Part shown: positions 28,690 to 43,681 of the stretch, piece by piece
How the letters are laid out: each line of letters opens with the position of its first letter
Numbering within the stretch: position 1 is the first letter of the stretch
DNA from: Eledone cirrhosa
Lineage: Eukaryota
NCBI GenBank assembly: GCA_964016885.1
Contig: CAXHJY010000818.1
Location: 131,679-195,678, forward strand
Direction: 5' to 3'
Length of the DNA stretch: 64,000 nt
The notes under the pieces: model-generated
Databases searched by the model: none
What the model saw: the letters and a program-made list of their open reading frames with translations, nothing else
What the model was told of the DNA's origin: nothing
Translations under genes and position numbers: made by a program

Positions 28690-28832
28690 ACTTTTCTATT
28701 TTATCGACCCCGTAAGGCTGAAAGACAAAGTTAAGCTCGGCGGGACTTGAACTCAGATCATGAAGGGCCGTGACTCTATGCTGCAAAGCATGGCGTCTGA
28801 CCCTCTACCGATACTGTCAATCCACCGCTCAT
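28690..28832 (-). mobile_element. SINE family A (reverse)
   Basis: ttttatcgaccccgtaaggctgaaagacaaagttaagctcggcgggacttgaactc is the reverse complement of the family A core and B-box. Confidence 0.75.
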
Positions 28833-29252
28833 ATCAATGATTTGATAAAGTCATCTCAAGGGAAGCCACTTGAGATGACTTATTCAGGATCAGAGATTCC
28901 AGTTAGACAGATAAGATAAAACTAAAGACCCGGGGTTAAAAATAGAAAGAAAAAAAAAACCCCTAAAATTGAACCCTGTAGTTTCACCATTGATGTCGTT
29001 GCTGTAAACAACTTGATCTACAACAACAACAACTTGAAGAATGAGAAATAAAATAAAATAAAATAAAATATGGAAAATAAATAAAATGAAATAAAATGGA
29101 AGGAATTGAAGTGGAATATCTGTTTATTGGTTGATTTAATGTCTTTTCTGTCAATTCCTTTTGTTTAATGAAGTGTGTAGTGATGGGGGGGGGGGGGGGC
29201 TGTGGTGGTGGTGGTGGTGGTGGTGTCATAGGTGGTGGTTGGCTGAACAGAA

Positions 29253-29298
<46 letters not shown>

Positions 29299-29424
29299 TA
29301 TTCACATATGTCCCACCCAAAATGATGCTGATGATGTATATGCTTCTCTCTCTCTCTATATATATATTCACATATGTGTATATGCTTATATATATATATA
29401 TATATATTCACATATGTGTATATG

Positions 29425-29458
<34 letters not shown>

Positions 29459-29473
29459 CATATGTGTATATGC

Positions 29474-29519
<46 letters not shown>

Positions 29520-30569
29520 GCATATATATATAAATATATACATATATATATAAAATTTAATTTATAAATGGCTTCTACAGGACAAGAACTGTTTCATTCG
29601 AAAAAAAACATCATATATTAAATTTGATGTTTACACTCTACTAATGTATTGAGTACATTACTTACTGTGGTTACCCCCCAATTGAACCCACGACTCACAC
29701 ACACACACATATATATATATACACACACACATAGAACCCATATATAGTATATCAAAATATATATGCCACAATATATATATAGACAGTGTGTTTCAGTAGA
29801 AATATGGTAATAAAGGGTTAAATATTTAAACCTCAACTGAAAACAAGGCAACATTTGTTGCAGGATTTTGGTATCTTAACAAGTTTTTTTATAGTATTTT
29901 CTCACATTTCTATAAATTGCATACAACTGCAATATCTTGATAATTACAATATTATGGGTGTATATATATATTTAGTTATATGTGTGTATGTATGTATACA
30001 CACACATTTATATGAGTAAATAAATACATACACAGATACATATATATATATATATATATATATTCACACATATGTATATTATAGGAGTAAGCCTAAGTGC
30101 ATATGCACATATCACATGTATATAAGTGTATATTGTATATAAAGTAAATATATATATATATATTGTATATAAAGTAAATATATATATATATATATATATT
30201 GTATATAAAGTAAATATATATATATATTGTATATAAAGTAAATATATATATATATATTGTATATTTATTAAAATAACAGATTAAAGTTTAAGCAAAGAAT
30301 CGCTGCTTTCACCCTTTGCTCTATGGTTCTTATATATTTGATATATATTTTCCTTATCGAGCCCTCTTTGGATTTCAGTCTTCAATTTTATTATTATTAC
30401 TATATATATTGTATATAAAGTAAATATATATATATATATTGTATATAAAGTAAATATATATATATATATTGTATATAAAGTAAATATATATATATTGTAT
30501 ATAAAGTAAATATATATATATATTGTATATAAAGTAAATATATATATATATATATTGTATATAAAGTAA

Positions 30570-30602
<33 letters not shown>

Positions 30603-30618
30603 CTTGTATATAAAGTAA

Positions 30619-30663
<45 letters not shown>

Positions 30664-31765
30664 CTTGTATAGAAGCTTGTAAAGTGCATATGCACATATG
30701 ACATGTATATAAGTGTATACAAAGTAAATATATACACACACATATATATATATACACCACACACATATGTGGTATATGTGCAGATATCTAAGTATATGTG
30801 CAGATATCTAAGTATATGTGCAGATATCTAAGTATATGTGCAGATATCACATAAGCGTGATCCTGAAAAGTTTGTAAACAAGTGAAATAAATAGATTTAG
30901 CTGGAGGTAAAATAACTTGTACCATTATTGGTGAATGTTAGATCAAGTCTTGGAGAACGGTGTAAATATTTGGAGGAGAAAGGTGTCTGTTAGTCACTGA
31001 GTGTGTAGGTGTGTCTGTGTAGGTGTGTAGGTGTGTCTGTGTGTGTAGGTGTGTAGGTGTGTGTGTGTAGGTGTGTCTGTGTAAGTGTGTAGGTGTGTCT
31101 GTGTAGGTATGTAGGTGTGTGTAGGTGTGTCTGTGTGTGTAGGCATGTGTGTGTAGGTGTAGATGTGTGTGTAGGTGTGTCTGTGTGTGTAGGTGTAGAT
31201 GTGTATATGTAGATGTGCATGTAAGTCTGTCTGTATGTGAGTGTGTGAGTGTCTGTGTGTGTAGGTGTGTCTGTGTGTGTAGGTGTGTCTGTGTGTGTAG
31301 GTGTGTAGGTGTAGATGTGTATATGTAGATGTGCATGTAAGTTTGTCTGTCTGTATGTGTGTATGTGTGTGTGTAGGTGTGTGTGTGTGTGCGTAAGTCT
31401 GTGCATAGTGTAGATGTGCATGTAAGTCAAAGTGTGTGTGTGTGAATGTGTAGGGGTGTGTGTAAGTCTGTGTGTAGATGTAGATGTGCATGTAAGCCTG
31501 TCTGTCTGTGTGTGTGTGTGTGTAAATGTAGGGGTGCATTATATGTCTGAGTGTGACTATGTTTGTGTGAGTGTAAACCTGTGTTTACTTGAGCATGTGT
31601 GTGTATATATATATATATATATAGTATTCTGTGTGCATGTGTGAGTGAATGGTGCCTTCTGTGTGTGTGTGTATGTTTGCTTATGTATGTGTGTGGTTAG
31701 CAATGTTTATAAAGGTAAAGAGCGAAGAAATAGATACATTAAAACAGCAAATCCAGTGGAAAATG

Positions 31766-31823
<58 letters not shown>

Positions 31824-31944
31824 GGAGGTGAGTTTTATTGTAGCACAATAAAGCAATGCAAATATCGGATAAGTAGCACTCAACAGTTTATAGGAGTGGA
31901 GTATAAATAATATAAAACAAAAAGATTGTTAAAAGAGTTCCATG

Positions 31945-32015
31945 TATTTTATTATGCGCATTTCAAAAACAAATATCATCATGGGACGATATTTGCGTTC
32001 TCATCAGATAAAATA
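31945..32015 (-). ncRNA. Type I minimal hammerhead motif (inverted twin)
   Basis: Reverse complement of 32095-32165. Confidence 0.8.
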
Positions 32016-32094
32016 GGGAGACATTAAATCAACATATGTTGATTTAACACTTCACTGCTCGCAAGTGTTTTTTAAGCTTCATATCATGTCTCCC

Positions 32095-32165
32095 TATTTT
32101 ATCTGATGAGAACGCAAATATCATCCCATGATGATATTTGTTTTTGAAATGCGCATAATAAAATA
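32095..32165 (+). ncRNA. Type I minimal hammerhead ribozyme motif
   Basis: TATTTTAT-CTGATGA-[gaacgcaaatatcatc ccat gatgatatttgttttt]-GAAA-TGCGCA-TA/ATAAAATA. Perfect 8-bp stem I. Confidence 0.82.
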
Positions 32166-32193
32166 CATGGAACTCTTTTAACCATCTTTTGAT

Positions 32194-32489
<296 letters not shown>

Positions 32490-32576
32490 AAAAGCTCTGT
32501 AGCCTACATAGAGCACTCTCTTTTCCTTTACCTTTAATAACGGAAATACTTCATATATATATGCATGTGTGTGGGA

Positions 32577-32624
<48 letters not shown>

Positions 32625-33026
32625 CAAAGAGGGTGTGGTAAGGAACCAGGTGGACCATAACCCACCAGAGTACTCGATACTATGCGTAGTAGAGTGGGTA
32701 ATAGGAAAAGGGTCAGCACCCCGACGGCTGAGCTCCGGCCGTTTCGACAGCTTGATCCGAACTATATATGAGAGAGAGAGGGGGGGGGGGGTAAAGATAA
32801 GCTCCTTAATTCTTTAAATGACATCAAAGACATAATTTCACATCCTTCAAAGTCCTGGGCCCTTTAGCTTTTAAGGGACCAACAATACAAGATAATTATA
32901 GGGTTTAGTTTCTAACTACCTCTTCCTCCTCCTCATTATTTTTAGTTATTTTTATATATTTTTTGTTCTCAGTTTTGTTTTGTTTGCTTTGTTTTTATTT
33001 TATTATTTTTTCTTCTTCTTTATGAT

Positions 33027-33170
33027 CCTAGTTCAAATCCCGCCGAGGTTAACTTTGCCTTTCATCCTTACGATAAAAATAAAGTACCAGTCACGCACTG
33101 GGGTCGATTTAATCGACTTTCCCCTCCCCCCAAATTGATGGCCTTGTGTCTATATAAGAAACCATTATTT
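33027..33170 (+). mobile_element. 5'-truncated SINE, family A
   Basis: gttcaaatcccgccgaggttaactttgcctttcatcc...ggccttgtgtc. Confidence 0.78.
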
Positions 33171-33364
33171 TTTCTTCTTCTTAATCTTTTAGAACTTCAC
33201 ATCAATATTTAGAATCTCTGCTTCTCTGGGTTTATGGCTGAAGTAACAAGTTTGAAGTTGGAGAGACAATCTCACAGAACATGTTTGAAGTCCAAGATTT
33301 AACCCAGGTGGTGCTATTAAGTTAGACATGGCCTGGGCCAATACTGGCCAAAACCTATCAAAGT

Positions 33365-33556
33365 TTAACCCTTTAGCATTTCCATTACTCTATATATACC
33401 ATTGTATTTTCGTGGTAAAAGCTTTAATATCAAATCTATGAGATTTTTATATTATTTATTTTGGGAACAATACCTAAACATCAGTATGAGTGGCTAGTTA
33501 TGGCCAGTTTGAACAGAAAGATATGAGAGAATTCTGGCTAGATATGGCCAGTTTAA
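33365..33556 (-). mobile_element. MITE M1 (reverse), ending about 30 bp from the RYK exon donor
   Basis: TTAAccctttagcatttccattactctatatat..ttttgggaacaatacc..gagaattctggc is the reverse complement of M1. Confidence 0.72.
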
Positions 33557-33585
33557 AGAAAACTATAATGGTATATTAGACTTAC

Positions 33586-33713
33586 CGATTCTCTTTTTGT
33601 GCTTTGCCATGTGAAGTGTATTTCATTGATTTCTGTAGCAACTGGTAAATTGAATGAGAGGGCATGGTGGTTGATGATACCATTACGGACGTAGGACAGT
33701 TCCGCTGTGACAC
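33586..33713 (-). CDS. RYK: RYK/Derailed receptor tyrosine kinase, WIF-domain exon (first seen in window)
   Basis: Minus strand attatAG|GT GTC ACA... to ...GAA TCG|GTaag; 128 nt, phase 1 in, phase 0 out. Encodes (G)VTAELSYVRNGIINHHALSFNLPVATEINEIHFTWQSTKRES, which resembles the RYK WIF start as I recall it (GLDAELYYVRND..HYALSF..FTW). Confidence 0.92.
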
Positions 33714-35279
33714 CTATAATAAACAAATAGAAAAATAACAATTAACATCCTGTACCACATGAAACAGCATTAACAAGACATTCTTATAAAGTATAAAACA
33801 ACATTATGACTACATCACATTAGCTCTTAATGTGGTAGTGGTGGTGTGTGGTTTGGTAGTGGTGATGATGGTGGTGGTGGTGTGTGGTATATGGTGGTGG
33901 TGGTGTGTGGTTTGGTGGTAGTGGTGATGATGGTAGTGTGTGTGGAGGTGGTGGTGAATTGTATATAATAATTATATTGTCAGAAAACACATTTCTGTTA
34001 CATATTGGAAAGATAAAATTTTCTAATTTTAAGTAAAAACAAAACAAAACAAAACAAAAACAAGAATTTAAAAAAAAATCAAATCAATCGATTAATCATC
34101 TATTTGAGGAGTGGGGGGAGGGGAAGAGAGGGAGGGGGAGATAGGGAAGGGGGAGGAGGGGGTTGAAACCAGACCCTCCCCCATCACCCTCCTTCACACT
34201 AAAAACAAAAAAATATATATATATTTAAATAAAAAGAAATAAAACAAATTTTAAGATTTATATCAAATGTGTTAATGGAATACAATAATTTGGTTAGAAA
34301 CAAACAACAACTCCACCCCACCAAACCCCCACCCCACCAAACCCCCGCCCCACTCACAACCCTCTAAAAATCCGAAAAAAAAAAAAAGAAAACCCTGAAA
34401 TGAGAGAAAAGCCAGGAATTGATTTCAAAATGTTATCAGAATTAGTCGATAGTTTCATGGAAGACAGCAGAAGTACTCAATACAGGTTTCCCCTTTACAG
34501 AGAACACAGGACAGTAACATTAGTCTTTCATAGTCTTTTATTTATTCTTGTATTGGGTTTCAGTCATTAGACCACGGTCATGCTGGAGCACTGGTGGTGG
34601 GGATTGTGGTGGTGGTGGTGGTGGGTAGTGGCGGGGGGGGGGAGTGGTTGTGTGCGTAGTGGGAGGTAGTGGGGGGGGGTAGTTGTGGTGGTGGTGGTGG
34701 AGGTGGGGCCGTGGTGGGGATAGTTGTGGTGGTGGTAGGGGTAGTGGCAGTGGTGGTGGTAGTGGCAGTGGTGGGGATAGTTGTGGTGGTTGTAGTGGTG
34801 GTGGTGGTGGAGATGGTGGTGGTAGTGGCGGTGGTGGGGACAGTGACACATGTGCCATGGGTTTGGTGAATCTTATGACTGGTTTAGCTTGAGACACAAT
34901 GAAATGTTGACAGCAAAATGGGGGGGGGGGGGGGGGCGGGGGTTGATGTGAGAGAGTGAGGAGGAGAGTAGGAGGGTGAGAGAGTGAGAGAGAGGTAGAG
35001 AGAGTGAGAGAGAGGTAGAGAGAGAGTGAGAGAGAGGTAGAGAGAGAGAGTGAGAAAGGTAGAGAGAGAGAGTGAGAGAGAGGTAGAGAGAGGTAGAGAG
35101 AGGTAGAGAGAGGTAGAGAGAGTGAGAGAGAGGTAGAGAGAGTGAGAGAGAGGTAGAGAGAGTGAGAGAGAGGTAGAGAGAGAGAGGTAGAGAGAGTGAG
35201 TTATCCAATATAATTGCTAGCTATTTGATAATTTCCATTAGATAAGATATTACATGTTATTTTTTTTTTATTGAACATC

Positions 35280-36960
35280 AACACCACTATCACTACTACA
35301 GCCAACACTACCACCACCACCACTACCACCACTTTCACTACTACAGCCAACACTACCACCACCACCACTACCACCACTATCACTACTACAGCCAACACTA
35401 CCACCACCACCACTACCACCACTATCACTACTACAGCCAACACTACCACACCACTACCACCACCACCACTATCACTACTACAGCCAACACTACCACACCA
35501 CTACCACCACCACCACTATCACTACTACAGCCAACACTACCACACCACTACCACCACCACCACTATCACTACTACAGCCAACACTACCACACCACTACCA
35601 CCACCACCACTATCACTACTACAGCCAACACTACCACACCACTACCACCACCACCACTATCACTACTACAGCCAACACTACCACCACCACCACTATCACT
35701 ACTACAGCCAACACTACCACACCACTACCACCACCACCACTATCACTACTACAGCCAACACTACCACCACCACTATCACTACTACAGCCAACACTACCAC
35801 ACCACTACCACCACCACCACTATCACTACTACAGCCAACACTACCACCACCACCACTACCACCACTATCACTACTACAGCCAACACTACCACACCACTAT
35901 CACTACTACAGCCAACACTACCACCACCACCACTACCACCACTTTCACTACTACAGCCAACACTACCACCACCACCACTACCACCACTATCACTACTACA
36001 GCCAACACTACCACCACCACCACTACCACCACTTTCACTACTACAGCCAACACTACCACACCACTACCACCACCACTATCACTACTACAGCCAACACTAC
36101 CACACCACTACCACCACCACCACTATCACTACTACAGCCAACACTACCACACCACTACCACCACCACCACTATCACTACTACAGCCAACACTACCACCAC
36201 CACCACTATCACTACTACAGCCAACACTACCACACCACTACCACCACCACCACTATCACTACTACAGCCAACACTACCACCACCACCACTACCACCACTA
36301 TCACTACTACAGCCAACACTACCACACCACTACCACCACCACCACTATCACTACTACAGCCAACACTACCACCACCACCACTACCACCACTATCACTACT
36401 ACAGCCAACACTACCACACCACTACCACCACCACCTCTATCACTACTACAGCCAACACTACCACACCACTACCACCACCACCACTATCACTACTACAGCC
36501 AACACTACCACACCACTACCACCACCACCACTATCACTACTACAGCCAACACTACCACACCACTACCACCACCACCACTATCACTACTACAGCCAACACT
36601 ACCACCACCACCACTATCACTACTACAGCCAACACTACCACACCACTACCACCACCACCACTATCACTACCACAGCCAACACTACCACCACCACCACTAC
36701 CACCACTATCACTACTACAGCCAACACTACCACACCACTACCACCACCACCACTATCACTACTACAGCCAACACTACCACTACCACCACTATCACTACTA
36801 CAGCCAACACTACCACACTACTACCACCACCACTACCACCACTATCACTACTACAGCCAACACTACCACACTACTACCACCACCACCACTATCACTACTT
36901 CAGCCAACACTACAACCACCACCACTATCACTACTACAGCCAACACTACCACACTACTAC
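35280..36960. repeat. CAC/TAC composite minisatellite
   Basis: Unit ctatcactactacagccaacactaccac(acc)n. Confidence 0.9.
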
Positions 36961-39376
36961 CATCACCACCAATACCACTACTATACTACCACCACTAATA
37001 CCACTACCACGACCACCAGTACCACTACCAATACCACTACTACCACCATTAATACTACTACCACCACTACCTCCAATACCACCACCACCACCACTACCAC
37101 CACCAATACCACTACTACCACCACTACCACCACCAATACTACTACCGCCACCAATACCACCACCACTACTACCACCACTAATACTACTACCACCACCAAT
37201 ACTACTACCACCACCAATACCACTACTACCACCACTAATACTACTACCACCAATACCACCACCACTACCACCACCAATACTACTACCACCACCAATACCA
37301 CTACTACCACCACTAATACTACTACTGCCACCAATACCACCACCACTACTACCACCACTAATACTACTACCACCAATACCACCACCAATACCACTACTAC
37401 CACCACTAATACTACTACCACCACCACCAATACCACTACTACCACCACCACTACTACCACCACCACGAATACCACTACTACCACCACCACTACCACTACC
37501 ACCACCACCACCACCATCACTACCACCACCTACCACCACCACTACCACCATCACCACCACCACCACTACCAATACCCTATTGACAGATTGACAGTTATCA
37601 ATTGGAACAATCAAATATTTATTTAATAGCAAATGGTAGTGATGGTGGTGGTGGTGGTAGTGGTGGTAGTGGTGGTGGTGGTGGTGGTAGTGGTGGTAGT
37701 GGTGGTGGTAGTGGTGGTAGTGGTGGTGGTGGTGGTGGTGGTGGTGGTAGTGGTGGTGGTGGTGGTGGTGGTGGTAGTGATGGTGGTGGTGGTAGTGATG
37801 GTGGTGGTGGTAGTGATGGTGGTGGTGATGGTGGTGGTGGTGGTGGTGGTGGTAGTGGTGGTAGTGGTGGTGGTGGTAGTGGTGGTGGTGGTGGTGGTGG
37901 TGGTGGTGGTAGTGGTGGTGGTGGTGGTGGTGGTGGTGGTAGTGATGGTGGTGGTGGTGATGGTGGTGGTAGTGATGGTGGTGGTAGTGATGGTGGTAGT
38001 GGTGGTGGAAGTGGTGGTGGTGGTGGTAGTGATGGTGGTGGTAGTGATGGTGATAGGTGCTGTTGCTGATGATGATTGTAGTGGTGACTATTGTTATAGA
38101 CAGTTTGGTGGTGGTGGTGGTGGTGGTGGTGGTGGTGGGGAGAGTGACATAGTAATAGGCAGTTTATTGATGGTGGTGGTGGTGGTGGGTGTGATGGTGA
38201 TAAATTGATGAACGTGATAATATCTATTATGATGATGGCAGCTAGATTGATGATGATGATAGTGGTGAGGGTGGTGATGCTGGTGGTGGTGGTGACGGTG
38301 GTGATGGCAATGGTGATAATGCTGCTGATGACAAACACAGCCAGTCCTGTTATGACAATAACAATAGTCAAAAGTATTTTGATGTTGTTGATGATAAAAC
38401 CATTAGTCATAGGTGATTTGATAATTGTATTAAGGATGGTGGTGGTGGTGGTGGTGGTAGAGGTGGTGGTGGTAGATGTGGTGGTAGTGGTGGTAGATGT
38501 GATGGTAGTGGTAGAGGTGGTGGTAGTAGAGGTGGTGGTAGAAGTGGTGGTGGTAGAGGTGGTGGTGGTGGTAGAGGTGGTAGTGGTAGAGGTGGTGGTG
38601 GTGGTAGAAGTGGTGGTGGTAGAGGTGGTGGTGGTGGTAGAGGTGGTGGTGGTGGTAGAGGTGGTGGTGGTGGTAGAAGTGGTGGTGGTAGAGGTGGTGG
38701 TGGTGGTAGAGGTGGTAGTGGTAGAGGTGGTGGTTAGTGATTGTAGTGGTAGAGGTGGTGGTGGTAGTGGAATGTTCACTTTAGAAAAAAAAGTCCAGTT
38801 AATGAAGGAATGTTTCCATAGATATGCATATATATATATATACACACACACAAACACACATATATATATACACACATATATATATATATATATATATACA
38901 TACATACACACACACACATATATATACACACACACATATATATATACATATATACACACACACACATATATATACACACACACACACACATATATATACA
39001 TACATGTACACATATATGTACACCAAACGCACACACAAATGCCCATACAGACACACACACAAACACATACACAGCATACTAGTGTCTGTGAAGAGGGTGT
39101 AGGGATGAAGAGAGGATGTGAAATGTGAGGAGGGGGTGCAGGGGAGAAGATAAATCTATTTTGTGGTAATTGGAAATTTCATAATTAAAAATACAAAAAA
39201 AAAAAAATCCTACAACAGCAATTTTACAGATATTGCGGCCACCAATAAAGAAAGCTATCCTTACAATAAATAACACACGACTCCCTCTCTCTTCCTCCCT
39301 CCATTACCTAGCAAACACTCCATGTGGCTTTGCAAATTTCACTTGAAGGGGATACATTTGGACTAAATACCAAACA

Positions 39377-41538
39377 TTAACCCTTTAGTATTTAAACCAG
39401 CTGTAACCAGCCAGAATTCTCTCCCCTCTTTCTGTTTAAACTGGCCACTCATACTGACGTTAAGGTATTGTTCTCAAAATAAATAATATCAAAATCTTAT
39501 AGATTCGATATTAAGTGAGATAATTATGTGAGATAAAGCCTTTACTGTGAAAATACAATAGTATATATAGAGTAATGTAAATGTTATGTGAGATATTATG
39601 TGAGATAAAGCCTTTACTGTGAAAATACAATAGTATATATAGAGTAATGTAAATGTTATGTGAGATATTATGTGAGATAAAGCCTTTACTGTGAAAATAC
39701 AATAGTATATATAGAGTAATGTAAATGTTATGTGAGATATTATGTGAGGTAAAGCCTTTACTGTGAAAATACAATAGTATATATAGAGTAATGTAAATGT
39801 TATGTGAGATATTATGTGAGATAAAGCCTTTACTGTGAAAATACAATAGTATATATAGAGTAATGTAAATGTTATGCGAGATATTATGTGAGATAAAGCC
39901 TTTACCATGAAAATACAATAGTATATATAGAGTAATGTAAATGTTATGTGAGGTATTATGTGAGATAAAGCCTTTACTGTGACAATACAATAGTATATAT
40001 AGAGTAATGTAAATGTTATGCGAGATATTATGTGAGATAAAGCCTTTACCATGAAAATACAATAGTATATATAGAGTAATGTAAATGTTATGTGAGGTAT
40101 TATGTGAGATAAAGCCTTTACTGTGACAATACAATAGTATATATAGAGTAATGTAAATGTTATGCGAGGTATTATGTGAGGTAAAGCCTTTACTGTGAAA
40201 ATACAATAGTATATATAGAGTAATGTAAATGTTATGTGAGATAATTATGTGAGGTAAAGCCTTTACTGTGAAAATACAATAGTATATATAGAGTAATGTA
40301 AATGTTATGTGAGATATTATGTGAGGTAAAGCCTTTACCATGAAAATACAATAGTATATATAGAGTAATGTAAATGTTATGTGAGATATTATGTGAGGTA
40401 AAGCCTTTACCATGAAAATACAATAGTATATATAGAGTAATGTAAATGTTATGTGAGATATTATGTGAGGTAAAGCCTTTACCATGAAAATACAATAGTA
40501 TATATAGAGTAATGTAAATGTTATATGAGATATTATGTGAGGTAAAGCCTTTACCATGAAAATACAATAGTATATATAGAGTAATGTAAATGTTATGTGA
40601 GATATTATGTGAGGTAAAGCCTTTACTGTGAAAATACAATAGTATATATAGAGTAATGTAAATGGTATATGAGATATTATGTAAGGTAAAGCCTTTACCA
40701 TGAAAATACAATAGTATATATAGAGTAATGTAAATGTTATGAGATATTATGTAAGGTAAAGCCTTTACTGTGACAATACAATAGTATATATAGAGTAATG
40801 TAAATGGTATGTGAGATATTATGTGAGGTAAAGCCTTTACTGTGAAAATACAATAGTATATATAGAGTAATGTAAATGTTATGTGAGATATTATGTGAGG
40901 TAAAGCCTTTACTGTGAAAATACAATAGTACATATAGAGTAATGTAAATGTTATGTGAGGTATTATGTGAGGTAAAGCCTTTACTGTGAAAATACAATAG
41001 TACATATAGAGTAATGTAAATGTTATGTGAGATATTATGTGAGGTAAAGCCTTTACTGTGAAAATACAATAGTATATATAGAGTAATGTAAATGTTATGT
41101 GAGATATTATGTGAGGTAAAGCCTTTACTGTGAAAATACAATAGTATATATAGAGTAATGTAAATGTTATGGGAGATATTATGTGAGGTAAAGCCTTTAC
41201 TGTGAAAATATAATAGTATATATAGAGTAATGTAAATGTTATGTGAGGTATTATGTGAGGTAAAGCCTTTACTGCGAAAATATAATAGTATATATAGAGT
41301 AATGTAAATGTTATGTGGGATATTATGTGAGGTAAAGCCTTTACTGTGAAAATACAATAGTATATATAGAGTAATGTAAATGTTATGTGAGATATTATGT
41401 GAGGTAAAGCCTTTACTGTGAAAATACAATAGTATATATAGAGTAATGTAAATGTTATGTGAGATATTATGTGAGGTAAAGCCTTTACTGTGAAAATACA
41501 ATAGTATATATAGAGTAATGTAAATGGTAAAGGGTTAA
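39377..41538 (+). mobile_element. TTAA-flanked piggyBac-like MITE (family M1) carrying about 33 copies of a 60-bp internal repeat
   Basis: Termini TTAAccctttagtattt...aaatggtaaagggTTAA. Internal unit tattatgtgaggtaaagcctttactgtgaaaatacaatagtatatatagagtaatgtaaatg... Confidence 0.8.
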
Positions 41539-41657
41539 CTGACCGATTCCTTTTTATGCCAGTTGCCATTTAGATAGATGATGTCTTCTGTCATCGGACT
41601 GAAAGAGTTAATACTGCGATCTAGGTCACACGTGTAACACAACACTGCAATGTAGGT

Positions 41658-42272
41658 CACAGCTGAGATATACCCACCACAGCTGAGATATACCCCACCA
41701 TAGCTGAGATATACCCTACCACAGCTGAGATATACCCATCACAGCTGAGATATACCCACCACAGCTGAGATATACCCATCACAGCTGAGATATACCCACC
41801 ACAGCTGAGATATACCCATCACAGCTGAGATATACCCATCACAGCTAAGATATACCCCACCACAGCTGAGATATACCCCACCACAGCTGAGATATACCTA
41901 CCACAGCTGAGATATACCCATCACAGCTGAGATATACCCACCACAGCTGAGATATACCCATCACAGCTGAGATATACCCCATCATAGCTGAGATATACCC
42001 CATCATAGCTGAGATATACCCCACCACAGCTGAGATATACCCCACCATAGCTGAGATATACCCCCACCACAGCTGAGATATACCCACCACAGCTGAGATA
42101 TACCCCACCATAGCTGAGATATACCCCACCACAGCTGAGATATACCCACCATAGCTGAGATATACCCCACCATAGCTGAGATATACCCCACCACAGCTGA
42201 GATATACCCACCATAGCTGAGATATACCCACCACAGCTGAGATATACCCACCACAGCTGAGATATACCCCCC
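41658..42272. repeat. 20-21-bp minisatellite (about 29 copies)
   Basis: Unit acagctgagatatacccacc with variable C-run length. Confidence 0.92.
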
Positions 42273-43244
42273 TAGACTGAAATATTGAATCTGTTGCTCC
42301 CCCCACCCCTCCCCTTTTTGTTATTTAGTTTGTTGGATTGTTTTTACTTTCTTTTTTTTTTTAATGGCAGCCATTATATAATCCAAGTGAAATTTCTTGA
42401 ATAAAATCCATTCATTTATAAAACCAATATTTTACAAATTTCTCCAAATTCTTGATTATATTGAAAATGATTTGAAAATCATCGGTAGTGTTTATGGCGG
42501 AGGAATTATGGTGGAGGAATATAGTAGAGGAATTATGGTGGAGGAATATGGTGGAGGAATATGGTAAAAGAATTATGGTGGAGGAATATGGTAAAAGAAT
42601 TGTCGTGGAGGAATATGGTGGAGGAATATGGTAAAAGAATTATGGTGGAGGAATATGGTAGAAGAATTGTCGTGGAGGAATATGGTGGAGGAATATGGTA
42701 AAAGAATTATGGTGGAGGAATATGGTAAAGAATTCATCATCATCATCGTGGTAAAGAAATATGGTAAAGAAAGGGTTAATAAACCATTATATTTGATATC
42801 TATTCCATGGTTGCTAAAACTCTGAGTTACAGCAGTCTCCCCAACTTTTACTGCTACACAATACTTGTTGTGCTTTAAACATTAAAACCTGCTTCACTAG
42901 ATTCCATTAGTTTCTCATGTTCGTGCTGTGTTGATATATTACTAATATATGGTATGTGTGTATGTCAGTGTATGGGTATATGTATATATAAGTGTGTGTG
43001 TGTGTGTGTATGTATATATGAGTGTATGTGTGTGTGTGTGTGTGTGTATATGTAAGTGTAGGGATCAGCGTGAGCTTAGCTATGATGGCTAAAACAATCT
43101 CTAGAACACACACACACACACATTAGATACATAAGGGAGAGAGATGAGAGGAGGGGGACTAGAGGAGAGAGATAGAGAGAGAGGGGAGAGAGAGAGAATT
43201 CACTATTGCAGAAAATGAAAATGAATGTGATTATATGTATATAT

Positions 43245-43284
<40 letters not shown>

Positions 43285-43681
43285 TGCACATGCATGTGTG
43301 TATGTTTGTAAATATATATAATGTACACATGTACACGCACACATCCTTCCAAACACACACACACACACACGTGTACATAAGATATCTTGCATTCACTCTC
43401 ATTTTCTGCCATAGTGAGGAGATCTTTTAGTGTCAGACCAATTATTTTCACAGCTGGATGACCAGATGATGATTGTTCAGTCATCTGTAACATAGGAGTG
43501 GAACCTGTATTTAATTAGTCAGGTAAACCTGAGTAGACAGAGATAGGTGTTCTGTTCTGTTCAGGTGCAACAGACAAATGTCAGAAGCTGGATGTAAACT
43601 TATGATTGATACAATCTGAAATTCTGCATCTTAACCCTTTTCTTTTTGTCTGTATTAGGCTTCTGTAGATTCTTCTGTATC

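Larger units (their letters stand above)
31920..32190. repeat. Long inverted repeat (about 105-bp arms, 61-nt spacer)
   Basis: 31920-32024 vs 32086-32190; lies between (TA)n tracts. Confidence 0.93.

Noticed and set aside
28848-28882. 13-bp hairpin aagtcatctcaag/cttgagatgactt
   Set aside because: Isolated and short, with no associated motif or second copy seen.
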